From an uncultured Bacilli bacterium (GTDB lineage: Bacteria; Bacillota_I; Bacilli_A; RF39; UBA660), in NCBI GenBank assembly GCA_934167485.1, contig CAKPKL010000003.1, forward strand, positions 7,153-71,152: a stretch of 64,000 nucleotides of DNA, written 5' to 3'. Below, in pieces: positions 61,365-64,000 of the stretch. The position numbers and the translations under genes are program-made. Position 1 is the first letter of the stretch. Each line of letters starts with the position of its first letter. The notes under the pieces were generated by a model. That model was not told where the DNA came from. It saw only the letters and a program-made list of their open reading frames with translations, and did no database searches.

Positions 61365-62132
61365 TTAAAATATTGTTAATAAATCTATTATCTTATTAAA
61401 ATCTACCTTTAATAGTACTATTACAATAGCTGATACAGCAAGAAATGGACCAAAAGGTATTTCATGATTCTTCTTTGATTTTAATACTAATAGTGAGATT
61501 GGTAAACCTATTATTGCAGCTAAAAATACAGATACAATTGACATTGGAAATCCTAGTACAAAGCCATAGATTGCCATAAGTTTAATGTCTCCCCCACCCA
61601 TCGATTCTTTTTTGAATAAAAAATCTCCAAATAATTTTAGTAGCAACATAAATATAAAAGCTCCTACACCTGCTAGAAGTGACATTCCAACAACTTCTAT
61701 GCTACTCATAAAAAATTTGATTATTATTAATATTCCTAAAGATACTATAAGTACACTATCTGGTATTATCATAGTTTGATAATCACTTATTATTATTATA
61801 AGTAGCATTGAAATAAATACTATATAAAATAAGCATTCTAAAGAATAACCAAATACTACAAAGCACAAAGCAAATAGTATTCCACTTGTAAATTCAAATA
61901 TTGGATAAAACCAAGAAATTTTTTCACCACAATTTTTACATTTACCACCTAAAAATAAAAAAGAAAGTACTGGTATTAATTCCATTGGTTTGAGTTTATG
62001 ATTACATTTTGGACAATGTGAACTAGGATATAGAATAGATTCTCCCTTAGGTATTCTATATCCTACTACATTGTAAAATGAACCAAAGACTGTGCCAATT
62101 ATAAAGAACATTATAATTAAAGCATAATACAT
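61365..62132 (-). CDS. prepilin peptidase (A24 family; PilD/ComC-like)
   Basis: MYYALIIMFFIIGTVFGSFYNVVGYRIP. Cys pairs CPKCNH...CKNCGE. Catalytic Asp context IIISDYQTMIIPD and GGGDIKLMA. Confidence 0.85.
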   Translation of the reverse strand: MYYALIIMFFIIGTVFGSFYNVVGYRIPKGESILYPSSHCPKCNHKLKPMELIPVLSFLFLGGKCKNCGEKISWFYPIFEFTSGILFALCFVVFGYSLECLFYIVFISMLLIIIISDYQTMIIPDSVLIVSLGILIIIKFFMSSIEVVGMSLLAGVGAFIFMLLLKLFGDFLFKKESMGGGDIKLMAIYGFVLGFPMSIVSVFLAAIIGLPISLLVLKSKKNHEIPFGPFLAVSAIVIVLLKVDFNKIIDLLTIF

Positions 62133-62136
62133 AAAA

Positions 62137-63897
62137 TCACCCTAAACTTTGTACTTGTTGATACATATTGAACATTGGAACTACTACAGCAAGTAATATA
62201 ACTCCAACTGCAAATGTTAAAAATATAATTAAGAAAGGTTCTACTAAAGCTTTTATCTTAGAAACTGTATTTTTATGTAAACTTTGATAATAAGTTGAAA
62301 CCTTACTCATCATTTCTGCTAATTGACCTGTCTTTTCACCAGTAACAATCATTTCATAGGCTGGAACTGGAAAAGCCCATTGATCTTTGAATGCTGCAGA
62401 AATTTTATCTCCACGTGCTAAATTAGCAACCGTGTCTAATATCATCATTTTATAAATTTCATTATTTGTTACTTTATTTAAAATTTCCATACTATCTGTT
62501 ATATAAACATTATGAGATAGCAATGATGCAAAAGTTTTAGAAAACATAGTTACTTCATTATATATTATTACATTTTTTAAAACTGGTATATGCATAAATA
62601 TCCATTGTAATAATGTTCTTATTATTTTAACATTTTTATATAAATAAACCGTTACAGCTAAAACAGCTACCATAATAACTAAAATCCATATAAAATTTCC
62701 TTGTATGAAATTACTTACACTTATAACCATTAAAGTAAATGATGGAATAGTTTTAGCATCCATAGATTTATATATTTCAACAAATTGTGGTACTACATAA
62801 ACCATTACAAAAGTAACTACTGCAAGAGTAAATACAAATACTATAGTTGGATAAGTTAAAGCACTTATCATCTCTTTTCTTGTTTCCTCTGCTTCTGTAT
62901 AATAATTAACCATATCATCTAATGCTTCTGGTAGTTCACCTGTAAGCTCACTTGCTTTTACCATGTTAATTAATAACTTAGGAAAAGCTCTTCCTCTTTT
63001 CTCAAGAGCAACACTAAAACTTTCTCCAACTGTAAGATCATAAGTAACATCTCTAAATATAGTTTTATAAGCTTTTTTCTGAACTTGTCTTATTAAAATA
63101 TTTAATGCCTCTACAAGTGGTATACCTGATTTTAAATATGTAGATAATTGAGATAAAATAAATATTAAATCCTTATTTTTTACCTTAACTCTATTACCAG
63201 CCATACTTCCATGTAAAGTCTGAATTAATTTACTAGTTCTAATACTATATACAGCTAATCCTTCACCAAGTAAGAAAGACTGAACATCAAGTCTTGAGAA
63301 TGCTTCAAAATATCCTTTAACTTTTTTACCCTTTTGATTAATAGCTATATATTCCCAAACAATTCTTTTACCTTCATTTTCTTGAGGATCATCTGTTGAG
63401 AAATCAACTAGCATAGTTTTAGTATCAAATAATTTTTTATTCTTTGCTTGTTTGACAAGAGCTGCATTTTCAAATTTTTTCTTAATCATTTTAGGTACAG
63501 ATATGAAAGCTGTAAGACCAGCATTTATATAATAACCTAAATTTTTCTTTTCTAAAACTATATCTTCATTTTTATAACTACTAGTATCAATTTTTTTCTT
63601 TTCTTTTTTGTGTCGCTTCTCTTTTTCTAACTTCTTATTTTCTTTTTCTTTAATCTTTTCCCCTTCTCTACGAAGCTTTTCTACATCAACACTGCCTCTT
63701 TTCATAGCAAGTTTACTAAATAAAACAACAACCATAATAAGTGGCCATACAATACCATACCACACATACTTAATAAACCTATATATGTATATACAACCTT
63801 TAATAAATAGATGAGCAACATTTGTAGCTATCTTTACTAAAAAATTGCTTTTTTTATTAGGTTCTTTTTTATTTTTCTTTCCTCTTTTTAAGTTCAA
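62137..63897 (-). CDS. type IV pilus / type II secretion platform protein (PilC/GspF family)
   Basis: Two T2SSF-type repeats (ELTGELPEALDDMVNYY; GEKTGQLAEMMSKVSTYY) with 3 TM helices. Basic low-complexity N-terminal extension. Confidence 0.8.
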   Translation of the reverse strand: MNLKRGKKNKKEPNKKSNFLVKIATNVAHLFIKGCIYIYRFIKYVWYGIVWPLIMVVVLFSKLAMKRGSVDVEKLRREGEKIKEKENKKLEKEKRHKKEKKKIDTSSYKNEDIVLEKKNLGYYINAGLTAFISVPKMIKKKFENAALVKQAKNKKLFDTKTMLVDFSTDDPQENEGKRIVWEYIAINQKGKKVKGYFEAFSRLDVQSFLLGEGLAVYSIRTSKLIQTLHGSMAGNRVKVKNKDLIFILSQLSTYLKSGIPLVEALNILIRQVQKKAYKTIFRDVTYDLTVGESFSVALEKRGRAFPKLLINMVKASELTGELPEALDDMVNYYTEAEETRKEMISALTYPTIVFVFTLAVVTFVMVYVVPQFVEIYKSMDAKTIPSFTLMVISVSNFIQGNFIWILVIMVAVLAVTVYLYKNVKIIRTLLQWIFMHIPVLKNVIIYNEVTMFSKTFASLLSHNVYITDSMEILNKVTNNEIYKMMILDTVANLARGDKISAAFKDQWAFPVPAYEMIVTGEKTGQLAEMMSKVSTYYQSLHKNTVSKIKALVEPFLIIFLTFAVGVILLAVVVPMFNMYQQVQSLG

Positions 63898-64000
63898 ATA
63901 GCTACACCTACCGTTCTTTCTATTCTTATACTAGTAATATTATAACATATTTTTTATAATTATAAAACTTTTTTATTTAATTTCATATAATATTTTAGAA

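Overview
This is a low-GC Firmicutes-type chromosomal window, roughly 75% AT and densely coded, mostly on the minus strand. A sporulation-type small protein suggests a spore-forming clostridial or bacillus-like organism.

Recognisable genes include murF, tdk, xerD-like, priA, a 5-formyl-THF cyclo-ligase, a Ham1-like NTPase, ppdK, obg, pyrG, def, rsmD, an MtaB/MiaB-family methylthiotransferase, FtsW/RodA and FemAB. There is also a BceRS/BceAB-type two-component plus ABC-transporter module, and a TetR–MMPL pair.

Three systems stand out.

1. A complete type II-A CRISPR-Cas locus (cas9-cas1-cas2-csn2, minus strand) with a short array: five 36-bp repeats, a degenerate terminal repeat, and two identical leader-proximal spacers. 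A divergently encoded tracrRNA candidate lies upstream of cas9.

2. A candidate type III toxin-antitoxin (ToxIN/AbiQ-like) module: a consensus promoter, two ~48-nt tandem pseudo-repeats, a weak terminator, and a 167-aa ToxN/AbiQ-like ORF.

3. The most unusual feature is a family of at least five large paralogous type IV pilin-like genes (336–591 aa) with N-termini [KR]GFTL[IV]ELLAVIVI and divergent adhesin-like C-terminal domains, one of them leucine-rich-repeat-like. They sit beside a type IV pilus core (PilB/GspE-like ATPase, prepilin peptidase, PilC/GspF-like platform, two minor pilins). Three of the five carry a conserved cassette upstream: promoter, ribosome-binding site, ATG, then KNN[AT]W followed by a poly-G tract of 10, 10 and 11 G on the coding strand. 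In this genome composition such tracts should not arise by chance. At all three loci the predicted ON state requires a G count divisible by 3: two by in-frame fusion of the leader to the pilin, one by an upstream ORF reading through a terminator hairpin. All three are currently phase-OFF. This looks like a slipped-strand phase-variation and attenuation system controlling a variable pilus-adhesin repertoire.

No rRNA or tRNA genes were recognised.
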